Assembly: GCA_964346815.1 (NCBI GenBank)
Contig: CAYFWF010000059.1
Span: forward strand, 10,896 to 74,895
Direction: 5' to 3'
DNA length: 64,000 nt
From: an uncultured Eubacteriales bacterium
GTDB taxonomy: Bacteria; Acidobacteriota; Aminicenantia; Aminicenantales; Aminicenantaceae
In this document: positions 1-8,781 of the stretch, in pieces
Layout: each line of letters opens with the position of its first letter
Position numbering within the stretch: position 1 is the first letter of the stretch
Program-made: the position numbers and the translations under genes
Notes under the pieces: generated by a model
What the model saw: the letters and a program-made list of their open reading frames with translations, nothing else
The model's database searches: none
What the model was told of the DNA's origin: nothing

Positions 1-1
1 C

Positions 2-394
2 GAATTTTGGTCGAAACGGTTGATAGGAAACTTTTGCGGAAGTTTTCCTCCCGGAAAAATCGATCCGAAATACAACTGCCAGCTTTTCTGTATTCGAGAG
101 AGACTGGACCACCCCCAGGTCATGGCCACGAATCGACACATCACCTGCGGTGCTTATGACCTCGAAGATGTCCGCTGGGCTAACAACACCTTATCCGGGA
201 AAAGCAGGCTGGTCGGTAATGACAGCTACGTTCTCTATCTAACCGAACCATCGGGATTTGCTTTCAAAAACGCTTGGTGTGAAGGAGCCGAGATCTCAAA
301 TATCCAAAAAAAGGGAGGTTTGATGCAGGTTACAATCCTCTCCAAAATCGATGCCACCATCTCCTGGAAAGTCGAATTCGAGACCGCCCGCTGA
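2..394 (+). CDS. 3' end of a gene truncated by the left window edge; function unknown (beta-rich C-terminal domain, possibly from a glycoside hydrolase)
   Basis: The frame is open from nt 2, with no stop before the TTG at nt 20 used by the ORF track, and ends at the stop at 392-394. I cannot name any diagnostic motif. Confidence 0.4.
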   Translation, partial: EFWSKRLIGNFCGSFPPGKIDPKYNCQLFCIRERLDHPQVMATNRHITCGAYDLEDVRWANNTLSGKSRLVGNDSYVLYLTEPSGFAFKNAWCEGAEISNIQKKGGLMQVTILSKIDATISWKVEFETAR

Positions 395-478
395 TGGTTT
401 TCAAAACCTGGATTGCCCGTTAGAAAAGGCTCTTCCGCAGACTGAGTAGAGCGAAATTCTCCAGGTGCTGCTAAAATC

Positions 479-2146
479 TTAAAAATCTAGAACGATTTCC
501 TCAATCCGATGCAGACCCGATTGCACATCCTGATTGAGGTTGACCCGGATCACCCGACGATCCCGCTGTCGCAGGGCTTCCAAATCTCCTTGCGCCTGGG
601 CCTGGATCAGAGCTCCGAAAGTGAAATCTGTTTCTGGGACAGCGAGATTCTGCTCTGGCTCGTCGATGAGCTGGAGAAAGAGCCCGGAGTTTGGACCCCC
701 CTTGTGGAGCTGCCCCGTCGAATGGAGAAAGCGGGGACCATAGCCCAAAGTGGTCGCCAGCCGGGTCTTTTTCAAAAGTGCGTGCCTTATGGACTGGAGG
801 GCTTCTGTGACCGATGGATTTGGAGCTAGGTAAGCCTGGATTCCGAAGTAATCCCCTTCCTGAGCCTGGCTGATCCAGCTCTCCAATTCTTGTTCCAGTA
901 TTGCCCTGTCGTTGATTCCGATCCCCTCTCCCCGCCGGTCTCTATCTTCATCGGCTGGTCTCCCGCTCATGGATTGTTTTGCCAACTCTTTAGCAAGTTG
1001 AACATCGGGCTGATTGAAGGGATGGATCCCCAAAATCGCTCCTGCCGAGGGAACAGCCACCTCCCACCGAAAGATTTCCAAGCCAAGGTCATACCTGTCA
1101 TCCAGCCATATCCGAACGGCTGGGTGTCCTAATTTTCCTAGATCCTCTAAAAGACCCTCCAGGCTTCGAGTATCTTCTCCTCGCCCAAACAATCCGATAA
1201 ACACTCTATCCCGGCTGTATTCTTCGGCAGCAGTAACCGGCTCATCGGCAATTGGAACAAGTCCTTTTCCGCTTTTTCCGGTACTTTCGGCAATGAGTTG
1301 CTCCAGCCAGTCGGGAAAACCCCCGAGGCCCGGAGAAGTCAGGAAGGTCAGCTTATCCCTCTCCCCAGCCATTTCTCCCAGGACTGCTCCCAGAAGAAAT
1401 CCTGAGGCGTTACCAGGATCCAGATGAGAGGCATTCTTTTCTGCTGCCGCACAGCCTGATTCGAGGAGGCGCTGGATATCCACACCAATGAGTGCGGCAG
1501 GAATGAGTCCGAACACGGTGAACGCGGAATAACGGCCTCCTACATCTGTCGGAGCTCGAAAGACGGCACGAAATTCCCGTTCGAGTGCAACTTTATCCAA
1601 GGGGGAATCTGGGTCTGTGATGGCCACGAAGTTCTGTCCTGGACGAATATCCGACTCATCCATCCGCTTCCAGAAATAGCGAAAAAGGGATAGGGTTTCG
1701 AGGGTAGTTCCAGATTTACTCGAGACAAGGAACAGTGCTTTAGATATGTCCACCCGCTCTTCCAGACTCCGGACAGCATCGGGGTGCGTGGTATCCAAAA
1801 CCATCAGTTCTGGATAGCCCGGTGTATTCCCGAAGGATCTTTGGAAAACATCTGGAGCAAGACTCGAACCACCCATGCCTAAGAGAACGACATAGACTAT
1901 TCTCTCCGATCTTATCCTTTCGGCAAAGCGAGTGAGATCGTCGATTTTTTTTTGCATCATCTCGGGAAGATGCAGCCATCCCATACGGTCCACGATTTCA
2001 GGTTCCTTTTCTGGAAACCAAAGGGTCGGATCTTTGGCCCAAAACCTGCGGATGAAATCCTGGTCACGCCAGGTTTGAACACGGTTTTCCACCGCCCGTT
2101 CATAAGGCCCGAGCTGAAAAGCCAGTTTATTCTGAATTTCTTTCAT
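479..2146 (-). CDS. pgi: glucose-6-phosphate isomerase
   Basis: PGI signatures are present in order: LLGMGGSSLAP, LVSSKSGTTLET and DVGGRYSAFT. I chose the ATG at 2146 (MKEIQNK...) because AAGGGAG lies 8 nt upstream. The ORF track extends to 2167. Confidence 0.85.
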   Translation of the reverse strand: MKEIQNKLAFQLGPYERAVENRVQTWRDQDFIRRFWAKDPTLWFPEKEPEIVDRMGWLHLPEMMQKKIDDLTRFAERIRSERIVYVVLLGMGGSSLAPDVFQRSFGNTPGYPELMVLDTTHPDAVRSLEERVDISKALFLVSSKSGTTLETLSLFRYFWKRMDESDIRPGQNFVAITDPDSPLDKVALEREFRAVFRAPTDVGGRYSAFTVFGLIPAALIGVDIQRLLESGCAAAEKNASHLDPGNASGFLLGAVLGEMAGERDKLTFLTSPGLGGFPDWLEQLIAESTGKSGKGLVPIADEPVTAAEEYSRDRVFIGLFGRGEDTRSLEGLLEDLGKLGHPAVRIWLDDRYDLGLEIFRWEVAVPSAGAILGIHPFNQPDVQLAKELAKQSMSGRPADEDRDRRGEGIGINDRAILEQELESWISQAQEGDYFGIQAYLAPNPSVTEALQSIRHALLKKTRLATTLGYGPRFLHSTGQLHKGGPNSGLFLQLIDEPEQNLAVPETDFTFGALIQAQAQGDLEALRQRDRRVIRVNLNQDVQSGLHRIEEIVLDF

Positions 2147-2360
2147 CAGCACACTCCCTTCTAACAATCCGAACTCCCAAATACAACCTTTTCTCTACGT
2201 CGCAGAGATGAGCTCGCCGAGCATTTAAAATTCAAGAACATCCGATGGCTAAAATAATACCATAAGTGAAAATCAAAAAAAGCAGTTCATATCATCGATG
2301 GTTCTATTTCTCTCTGAGGCCAATTCCGCCGAACTCTTGAACAAAAGAGGCTGGTAAAGG

Positions 2361-3017
2361 TCATTCCACATATGATTTGCGCTGTTCGTAGATCCAGATG
2401 CTGAGCGCCATCAAACCGAGGCTGAGCAACAACAAGCCGATTGCACCTGCGGAAGTCTCAAAAAACTCGGAGAGCGCCTTGAAGATTTTGTCAGATTCTC
2501 TTCTTGGGTTGGTGGCAAAATAGACAAACGGCCCTCCCAAAATCCCGAACAGAATGGCGATCCATTTCAGGGCCAATCCAGAACCCTTGTCTTTAACACA
2601 AAAGGTCAGGTCTTGACCCAAATCCATACATGCGACCATTATGAACATCGACCCGGTCCTGGTGAGAATCCACCACAGATAGTCGAGGCCCACATGGCCC
2701 TGACGATTCAACAAGGAACTCAGGTAAAGCGAAACCATCAAACTCAACCAGTAAGCCACAAATACCGGGTAGCGCAGGATTCCAAGCTGTCTTAAAGCTA
2801 CAGGCAGAGCAGAAAAAAATCTGACCCTCTTGGTCTTGACCTCCTCAATACCGGCCACGATTCCGATCATCACAACAGAGAAAAACATGAGGCTGGATAG
2901 AATTTCTGCAAAGCCTGGCCGGATCGAGTTTATTACGACAGCAACAGATATCACGCTGTATAAAACAATAAATAAGACTCTGTTATAGGCGATATCCGCT
3001 TTGATCATTCTCCACAT
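2361..3017 (-). CDS. polytopic membrane protein, paralog 3 of 3 (putative permease component of the upstream ABC ATPase)
   Basis: The product is 218 aa with about 6 hydrophobic segments. The N-terminus MWRMIKADIAYN and C-terminus RKSYVE are shared with the two upstream ORFs. It is the last gene of a co-directional GntR-ABC operon. Confidence 0.7.
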   Translation of the reverse strand: MWRMIKADIAYNRVLFIVLYSVISVAVVINSIRPGFAEILSSLMFFSVVMIGIVAGIEEVKTKRVRFFSALPVALRQLGILRYPVFVAYWLSLMVSLYLSSLLNRQGHVGLDYLWWILTRTGSMFIMVACMDLGQDLTFCVKDKGSGLALKWIAILFGILGGPFVYFATNPRRESDKIFKALSEFFETSAGAIGLLLLSLGLMALSIWIYEQRKSYVE

Positions 3018-3071
3018 CTTGCTCTCCTTTCAATATTCAAATGTGACCGATTGAAATTGTCTTTGCTCTGT

Positions 3072-3752
3072 TCACGATTCAACATAGGATTTTCTTTTCA
3101 TAAAAACGATTAAACTCACCACGGAAAGAAAAACGCCGAAAAGGAGGAATCCAGCAGGAGACTCCAGTAATCCGGCGAGGAATCTCTGGGCAGGCGTGTT
3201 CTCTCCGAACAGTCCGAAAAAATTGGTTATTATATAGAAAGGCAAAAGGGCCCCGATATAGACTAAAACCCATAATAAAAAGACAAAGGCTCTCTGGTGT
3301 ATCTTGGTGAGGGTCATTCTCAAATCGCGATAAAGAAGAATCACGGCATTGACGATCAGAACAAAACCGGTCAAGGTGAGTATGTGCAGGGGGGAAGGCA
3401 AGGTGAGCGGATCCCTTACAAACGGCTGTACAACGAGAGCGCTCAGGAATAACAAGAGATAAATGCACAGCAAAACAATAATGGGGTAAAGCAGGTGTGT
3501 AATCCCAATTTGCCACAGCTTGGCTGGCAGCAAAACGTGCAGATGATCTCTCTTTTGAATCACTCGTTTTTTTTCTCCGGCATACACGGCTGACAAGGAT
3601 AAAATCATTATCATCAACAGCGTCATAGGAATTCGGTTCCGTTCCCATTTGACGCCAAACCAGATGGTCAAAAAAACAGCCGCACAAAAGACAAAGAATA
3701 CAAATACTCTCAGCCTGTCGTAGCTGATCTCTGCCTTAAGAATGCGCCACAT
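3072..3752 (-). CDS. polytopic membrane protein, paralog 2 of 3
   Basis: The product is 226 aa, starting MWRILKAEISYD and ending RKSYVES, with the same hydrophobicity layout as its neighbours. Confidence 0.7.
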   Translation of the reverse strand: MWRILKAEISYDRLRVFVFFVFCAAVFLTIWFGVKWERNRIPMTLLMIMILSLSAVYAGEKKRVIQKRDHLHVLLPAKLWQIGITHLLYPIIVLLCIYLLLFLSALVVQPFVRDPLTLPSPLHILTLTGFVLIVNAVILLYRDLRMTLTKIHQRAFVFLLWVLVYIGALLPFYIITNFFGLFGENTPAQRFLAGLLESPAGFLLFGVFLSVVSLIVFMKRKSYVES

Positions 3753-3812
3753 ATGTACTTCTCCCTTTGCTCCTTCCTTTGAATTCTTTTCCGCTGCACC
3801 TGTTTCTCATTT

Positions 3813-4481
3813 TCACCCCCCATATGACTTAGCCCTGGATAAAGATATCATCAGAATCGATGATCCAAGACCCAGAATCAACCACACCAGAGCACTTATC
3901 GGTGATCGGAATGTCCAGGATAATAAATTGTCAACCAGGTGGGAATCCTGCTTTCCCTGGTAAGTGTGCACGGTTCCTGCTGCAACGACGAACCCAAACA
4001 GAAGGATGAGGCCCATTTGCAAAATATTCAATCCGGCCGATTCCTTAAACCAACTCATAAAAGCAATCAAAGAATACACAAAAAAGGAGACGCCGGTCAG
4101 AACACCGAGTGCAAGAAACACAGAAAGACCCAACGAAAAATATTTCGATATTCCGATCCACAGGAAAAACAGGGCAAGAATAGCCAGCCAGTAAATCAAG
4201 TGCAATAATAGATGGACCTTTCCGATTCGTCTTATCGAAACTGGAAGACACGCAAGCTGTCGTGGTCTTTTCTCTTTGGCCCAAGGAGTTGCCAGAAGGG
4301 CCATGACAAAGAAGAAATAGGCCAAGGATAGATAAATAAATCCCGTATTCATGTTTGCCAGTGTCTGGCGAAAAATCATCGGATAAAAATGCAGTCCGAG
4401 AAATCCCACGAGAGAGGTGAGCAGAATGGAGCTGAATACCGGAGTATTGTAGACAATCTCAGCCTTAAGCAGGCGCCACAC
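3813..4481 (-). CDS. polytopic membrane protein, paralog 1 of 3
   Basis: A GTG start at 4481 is preceded by AAGGAGG plus 5 nt. It gives (M)WRLLKAEIVYN, which matches the paralog N-termini. The gene overlaps the ATPase stop by 17 nt, suggesting translational coupling. The product ends KSYGG. Confidence 0.7.
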   Translation of the reverse strand: MWRLLKAEIVYNTPVFSSILLTSLVGFLGLHFYPMIFRQTLANMNTGFIYLSLAYFFFVMALLATPWAKEKRPRQLACLPVSIRRIGKVHLLLHLIYWLAILALFFLWIGISKYFSLGLSVFLALGVLTGVSFFVYSLIAFMSWFKESAGLNILQMGLILLFGFVVAAGTVHTYQGKQDSHLVDNLLSWTFRSPISALVWLILGLGSSILMISLSRAKSYGG

Positions 4482-5349
4482 CCTTGCCTCCTTTGAGGAT
4501 TTGAACGGCAATCTCCTCGATGCTCATGCGCATATCCTGGACATTTTCAGCGCCCAGTTCTTTGAGTTGACGCAGGGTCACTTCGAAATCAGAGGAGATG
4601 ATCTGATGATCGTCTCCCTCTCTACGATGGGTTACAACCGACTTGAGGGGGACATCTCCTTTAGCAAGACGAAAAGTCATCTTTCTCCAACGATCGTTCA
4701 AATCTTCTTTGGGTGTACGGAACCAGATTTGTCCGTTATCGATGAATGCCAGTTCGTCTGCGAGTCGGCTGATTTCCGGAAGAATATGAGTGGTGTAAAA
4801 GATGGCCCGATCTCCTGTCTCGAGGATCTCAAACAGTACATCCAGCACTTCCGTTCTTACGACCGGATCGATACCTGAGGTAGGTTCATCCAGCAGGAGC
4901 AGTTTGGGTGAGTGTGCGAGAGCTGAAACCAAGGAAAGCTTCACCCTGTTGCCTGTCGATAAATCCTTTGCTCGTTTTTCCAAAGGCAGTTGAAAGCGTT
5001 CGGCAAGCTCAGAGGCTTTCTGATGCGACCAGGCAGGATAGAACTGAGAAAGGAAACGAAGGTTTTGTGCGGCTGTCCACCTTTCGTAAAAAACATGAAC
5101 ATCACCCACATAACCGATATCCAGTTTCCATTCCGGCTTGTTGAGACCGTTGAGGCGCCCGAAGATCCTCATTTCTCCTGAATCCGCTCGCAAAAGCCCC
5201 ACCAGACATTGAATTGACGTAGTCTTGCCCGCTCCGTTAGGACCGACTAGACCGAGGACAGTACCAGGTTCCAGTTCCAGGTTAATCGGACCGAGTTTGA
5301 AATCCGGGAATGTCTTTACAACATCTTTGTATTGGAAAGCTTTTTCCAT
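4465..5349 (-). CDS. ABC transporter ATP-binding protein
   Basis: It has a Walker A motif (GPNGAGKTT), an ABC signature (LSTGNRVKL) and a Walker B motif (LLLLDEPTSGID). A C-terminal extension of about 80 aa follows the cassette. Confidence 0.9.
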   Translation of the reverse strand: MEKAFQYKDVVKTFPDFKLGPINLELEPGTVLGLVGPNGAGKTTSIQCLVGLLRADSGEMRIFGRLNGLNKPEWKLDIGYVGDVHVFYERWTAAQNLRFLSQFYPAWSHQKASELAERFQLPLEKRAKDLSTGNRVKLSLVSALAHSPKLLLLDEPTSGIDPVVRTEVLDVLFEILETGDRAIFYTTHILPEISRLADELAFIDNGQIWFRTPKEDLNDRWRKMTFRLAKGDVPLKSVVTHRREGDDHQIISSDFEVTLRQLKELGAENVQDMRMSIEEIAVQILKGGKGVAPA

Positions 5350-5376
5350 GATTTTCCTCCTCGAGAATTCATTCGA

Positions 5377-5751
5377 TCAAACCCCTTTCAAAATATTCTG
5401 TATCACTTTGTTTATTTCCTCTTCACCCAGACCTTCGGCAAGTGCAGCCTTGATCCTGGGCTCTAAAATCTCTCGAAGCCTCTCTTTGGCCATCGCCTTC
5501 CTCGTCTCCTCGGATAATTCGGTCACAAAAAAACCCTTTCCTCGCCTCGAATGAATGAGGCCCGCATGCTCCAGGGCTTCATAGGCACGCTGCACTGTGA
5601 TGACGCTTACGTGCTGCTCTCTGGCCAGCCTCCGGATCGATGGCAAATCAGAGCCGGCAGTTAGCTCTCCAGCCAGAATCTTGGCCCGGATTTGCCGTAC
5701 GATCTGGCTCTGCAATGGCTCGTTCGAGAGATCAGTTAAATGGAGAAGCAT
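5377..5751 (-). CDS. GntR-family transcriptional regulator, short YtrA-like type
   Basis: The product is 124 aa from the ATG at 5751. It has a winged-helix motif (LPSIRRLAREQHVSVITVQRAYEALEHAGLI) followed by only a short helical tail. It is the first gene of the ABC operon. Confidence 0.85.
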   Translation of the reverse strand: MLLHLTDLSNEPLQSQIVRQIRAKILAGELTAGSDLPSIRRLAREQHVSVITVQRAYEALEHAGLIHSRRGKGFFVTELSEETRKAMAKERLREILEPRIKAALAEGLGEEEINKVIQNILKGV

Positions 5752-5861
5752 GACTATCCTAAGAAAAAAAGCATAATAAAGATCAAAACAATGATGAGGA
5801 TCAAGATTTTTGACCTGACAAAACCTTTTGTCGTGCGCATCTTCACACCCCTTTTCTCCAA

Positions 5862-5885
5862 CCTCTACCTCTACCTCTACCTCTG
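5862..5885. repeat. tandem hexamer (CCTCTA)x3 + CCTCTG
   Basis: Read directly from the sequence. It lies 111-134 nt upstream of the GntR start and explains the spurious EVEVEVEV extension of the ORF track. Confidence 0.9.
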
Positions 5886-5977
5886 CCCCTATCATTACAC
5901 TTACACTGACTTTGCTCTCTGGCTCTTGTCTTTGATCCGATCAATCTCCTCATTGTTCGAAAATTTTTCTTGTCATT

Positions 5978-6002
5978 ACTGTATATATACTATATATACA
6001 GT
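5978..6002. promoter_or_regulatory. perfect 25-bp palindrome ACTGTATATATA-C-TATATATACAGT, candidate operator
   Basis: The 12-nt arms are exact reverse complements around C5990. It sits in the divergent intergenic region between the GntR operon and the esterase gene. Confidence 0.5.
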
Positions 6003-6206
6003 CAGAACGACAATTTGTCAAGTCTTTTTTTTAAAAAATAACAAATGTTTCTTAGGGATGGATTCAACAACGAAAATCCAGGATGGGAAAGAGTCCTTTT
6101 CTCAGTACGGAATTTTCCTGAAAACGAGAAGTCCAAAACTGTTTGATAATTTTCTTTCCATCGGTTTTAATAAATCCCTTAGGCATTTTTAAACGGAGGG
6201 ACAAGA

Positions 6207-7781
6207 ATGGAGAGATCGATTCAAATAAGCGGGCTGAGATATTCCTGCTGTCTTCTGGTCGGATTGTTTTTCATCGTGACGAACGGAAACGCCGACATCA
6301 AGCTTCCGGCTGTTATCGGAAATCATATGGTGCTCCAGAGGGAAATGCCCATCCAGCTATGGGGATGGGCTGAACCTGGAGAAGGAATCAATGTGATGCT
6401 CGCAGACCAAAAAGCCCAAACGTCTGCCGATGGCGAGGGAAAGTGGGAAATCACATTGGACTCTATGACAGAGGGAAGAGGCCCATATAAGATGACCATC
6501 AGCGGCACACAGAGCCAACCTGTCGTCCTGAATGATATCCTTTTGGGTGAAGTTTGGGTTTGCTCGGGGCAGTCTAACATGGAGTGGGAACTTTGGAGAA
6601 CTCATAGCCCTTCATCAGAAATCCAGCGTGCCGATGTGCCTCTGATCCGCCTGTTCCATGTCCCCAGGAAGATCTCCACTCAGCCGATGGAAGATGTGGA
6701 TGCGGAATGGAAAGTCTGTAGTCCCGAGACAGCCAGATATTTTTCGGCTGTGGCTTACTATTTCGGTCGTGAAATCCACCAAAAATTAGGAGTGCCTGTA
6801 GGATTGATCAGCGCGAGATGGGGAGGCACCCGGATTGAACCGTGGACCCCTCCCTCTGGATTTGAAAGGATCCCGGAATTGCACCACATTCTCGGCGAAA
6901 CGGAGGCGGCTGAGAAAGAATACCGCAAAACCCTGACAAAATCGCTTCCTGAGCTCAAGAAATGGATCGAACAGACTGAACTGGCTCTATCGCAGGGCAA
7001 CAAACTTCCCCTTGAACCAGAGTTCCCACTGCACCCTCAGCATGATCCCCAAGCTCCAACTGCTCTTTATAATGCGATGATTCATCCTCTCATCTCATTT
7101 GCCATCAGAGGAGCTATTTGGTATCAAGGAGAATCCAACAGAAATGATGGCCTGGTCTATACCAAAAAAATGGAGGCTTTGATCAAGGGGTGGCGGAAGG
7201 CCTGGGGATTGGGCGATTTTCCCTTTTATTATGTCCAGCTGGCTCCTTACAACTACAGTTATACACCTGAAGAGGAAGGAAGCAGTGTCCCTGACTACCT
7301 CCGTCTCCCCTTGATATGGGAGGCACAGCTCAACGCCCTAAAAATTCCGAATACAGGTATGGCAGTCACCACAGATATCGGTAATCTGTATGACATACAT
7401 CCTCGGAATAAGAAGGATGTGGGTCACCGTCTTGCTCTCTGGGCACTGGCTAAAACATACGGTTGGAAAAACTTAGTTTATTCTGGACCGTTATACGAGT
7501 CCATGACTGTGGAGGGAGATAAAATCAGGGTCCGATTCGACCACGTCGGAAGCGGTCTCATTTCCTTGGACAGCCGTCCTTTAACCTGGTTCGAAATCGC
7601 TGGCCAAGACAGGATATTTTATAAGGCAAGAGCGGAAATCAAAGGGGATTCTGTTTTGGTGTGGAGCGAAAAGGCCGCGGCACCCGTGGCTGTCCGCTTC
7701 GGATGGCATCAGCTTGCCGAACCCAACTTAGGAAACAGGGGAGGACTTCCCGCTTCCCCATTCAGGACTGATCGCTGGTAA
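6207..7781 (+). CDS. sialate O-acetylesterase (SASA/CE6-like), secreted
   Basis: It has an N-terminal signal peptide and a catalytic-block motif (VCSGQSNMEWEL), followed by ARWGGTRIEPW and WYQGESN motifs typical of the 9-O-acetylesterase family. A GGAGGG RBS precedes the start. Confidence 0.8.
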   Translation: MERSIQISGLRYSCCLLVGLFFIVTNGNADIKLPAVIGNHMVLQREMPIQLWGWAEPGEGINVMLADQKAQTSADGEGKWEITLDSMTEGRGPYKMTISGTQSQPVVLNDILLGEVWVCSGQSNMEWELWRTHSPSSEIQRADVPLIRLFHVPRKISTQPMEDVDAEWKVCSPETARYFSAVAYYFGREIHQKLGVPVGLISARWGGTRIEPWTPPSGFERIPELHHILGETEAAEKEYRKTLTKSLPELKKWIEQTELALSQGNKLPLEPEFPLHPQHDPQAPTALYNAMIHPLISFAIRGAIWYQGESNRNDGLVYTKKMEALIKGWRKAWGLGDFPFYYVQLAPYNYSYTPEEEGSSVPDYLRLPLIWEAQLNALKIPNTGMAVTTDIGNLYDIHPRNKKDVGHRLALWALAKTYGWKNLVYSGPLYESMTVEGDKIRVRFDHVGSGLISLDSRPLTWFEIAGQDRIFYKARAEIKGDSVLVWSEKAAAPVAVRFGWHQLAEPNLGNRGGLPASPFRTDRW

Positions 7782-7847
7782 GCTTCCCATATCTCCTCTT
7801 AGTGCGTTCTATTCGGTAATTGCGTATACTGTTCCCGCACTAAAAAA

Positions 7848-8570
7848 TTAAAGGTAGGTGCTTGTGTATTCGGTCAGGATTTTTCGGAGTTTTTCGGCAA
7901 TGGCAGGAGCTCTTAACCTTCTTTTTCCATACAGAATATCTCGAGGAGTCACGTCATCTCTGCGGTAAAAATGAGTATTGGCCTCCTCATCGATCTGAAT
8001 GGCTGCGCCTTCGATGGAGACTCCTGCGAACAATCCACGGCTCTTGGAATACGAATAGATCTCTGCCTCCAGCGCGATATCTGTGCTCGCCTCTGCCCGC
8101 CTTCCCACAGGGCCTGCGGCCACACTTGCATCCGCCCCCAATGTTATCTTGCCTTCTGTGATAGAATCGATGCTTTTCCTACGTTTAAACACCAAGATGA
8201 TATCGGTAGATTGAACTCCGATCTGCCAGCCTACGCTTCCTCCCGCTATCCTTACGAAACAGGGCTGGCTCCATTCTCCTGTGTCCTTCCGCACGAGCAG
8301 AACGCCCTTTCCATAACGCCCCCCTACTACCCAGGCAGCTTTGATCACTTTCGGGATGATAGCAATGCCATAGGCTTTGCTCAACAGAGCCTCAGGAATG
8401 CCTTCCTCGGGAATCTCGACCATCTCCTCGATCACCTCAATGGCGTTGGTTACTCTATCTTCCTCATCCGACAACGATTTCTCATCTCTGAATTCAGCCC
8501 TGAATGCAGATAAAGCCACGGCCGTCATAAGAACCAGGACAAAAACGAAAAGCATTGATTTCTTGAACAT
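7848..8570 (-). CDS. SYLF (Ysc84/DUF500) lipid-binding domain protein, secreted
   Basis: The stretch GIAIIPKVIKAAWVVGGRYGKGVLLVR...IAGGSVGWQIGVQSTDIILVF is characteristic of SYLF domains. I chose the ATG at 8570 (MFKKSMLFVFVLV signal peptide), which follows GGGAGAG. Confidence 0.7.
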   Translation of the reverse strand: MFKKSMLFVFVLVLMTAVALSAFRAEFRDEKSLSDEEDRVTNAIEVIEEMVEIPEEGIPEALLSKAYGIAIIPKVIKAAWVVGGRYGKGVLLVRKDTGEWSQPCFVRIAGGSVGWQIGVQSTDIILVFKRRKSIDSITEGKITLGADASVAAGPVGRRAEASTDIALEAEIYSYSKSRGLFAGVSIEGAAIQIDEEANTHFYRRDDVTPRDILYGKRRLRAPAIAEKLRKILTEYTSTYL

Positions 8571-8781
8571 GTCTCTCTCCCTAGAAGTGTACGGTACTTT
8601 CAATCGAAACGTTTACCCGGCATTAACGGTTCCTGTCAAATTTCTAGCTTTTCAAGATCAATCCGAATAACCACCGGGAATTTTTCTGCCGATGGTTTCG
8701 AACATGCTCGAACCATATGAGATTTGACCCTTTTGGTGTGTTGTGATAAAAACATGCTTCAGTGAAAATAAGGAGACCATC

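Noticed and set aside
5752-5895. N-terminal extension of the GntR ORF (MIGAEVEVEVEVGEKG...).
   Set aside because: The EVEVEVEV stretch is simply the translated hexamer microsatellite. The winged-helix domain starts right after the ATG at 5751, and YtrA-type regulators are about 120-130 aa.
5978-6002. LexA (SOS) box: the palindrome contains CTGT...ACAG with an AT-rich centre, like the E. coli-type box.
   Set aside because: The E. coli-type box is CTGT-N8-ACAG, whereas here the spacer is 15 nt. There are no SOS genes nearby, and other phyla use different LexA motifs. A GntR operator is more plausible.
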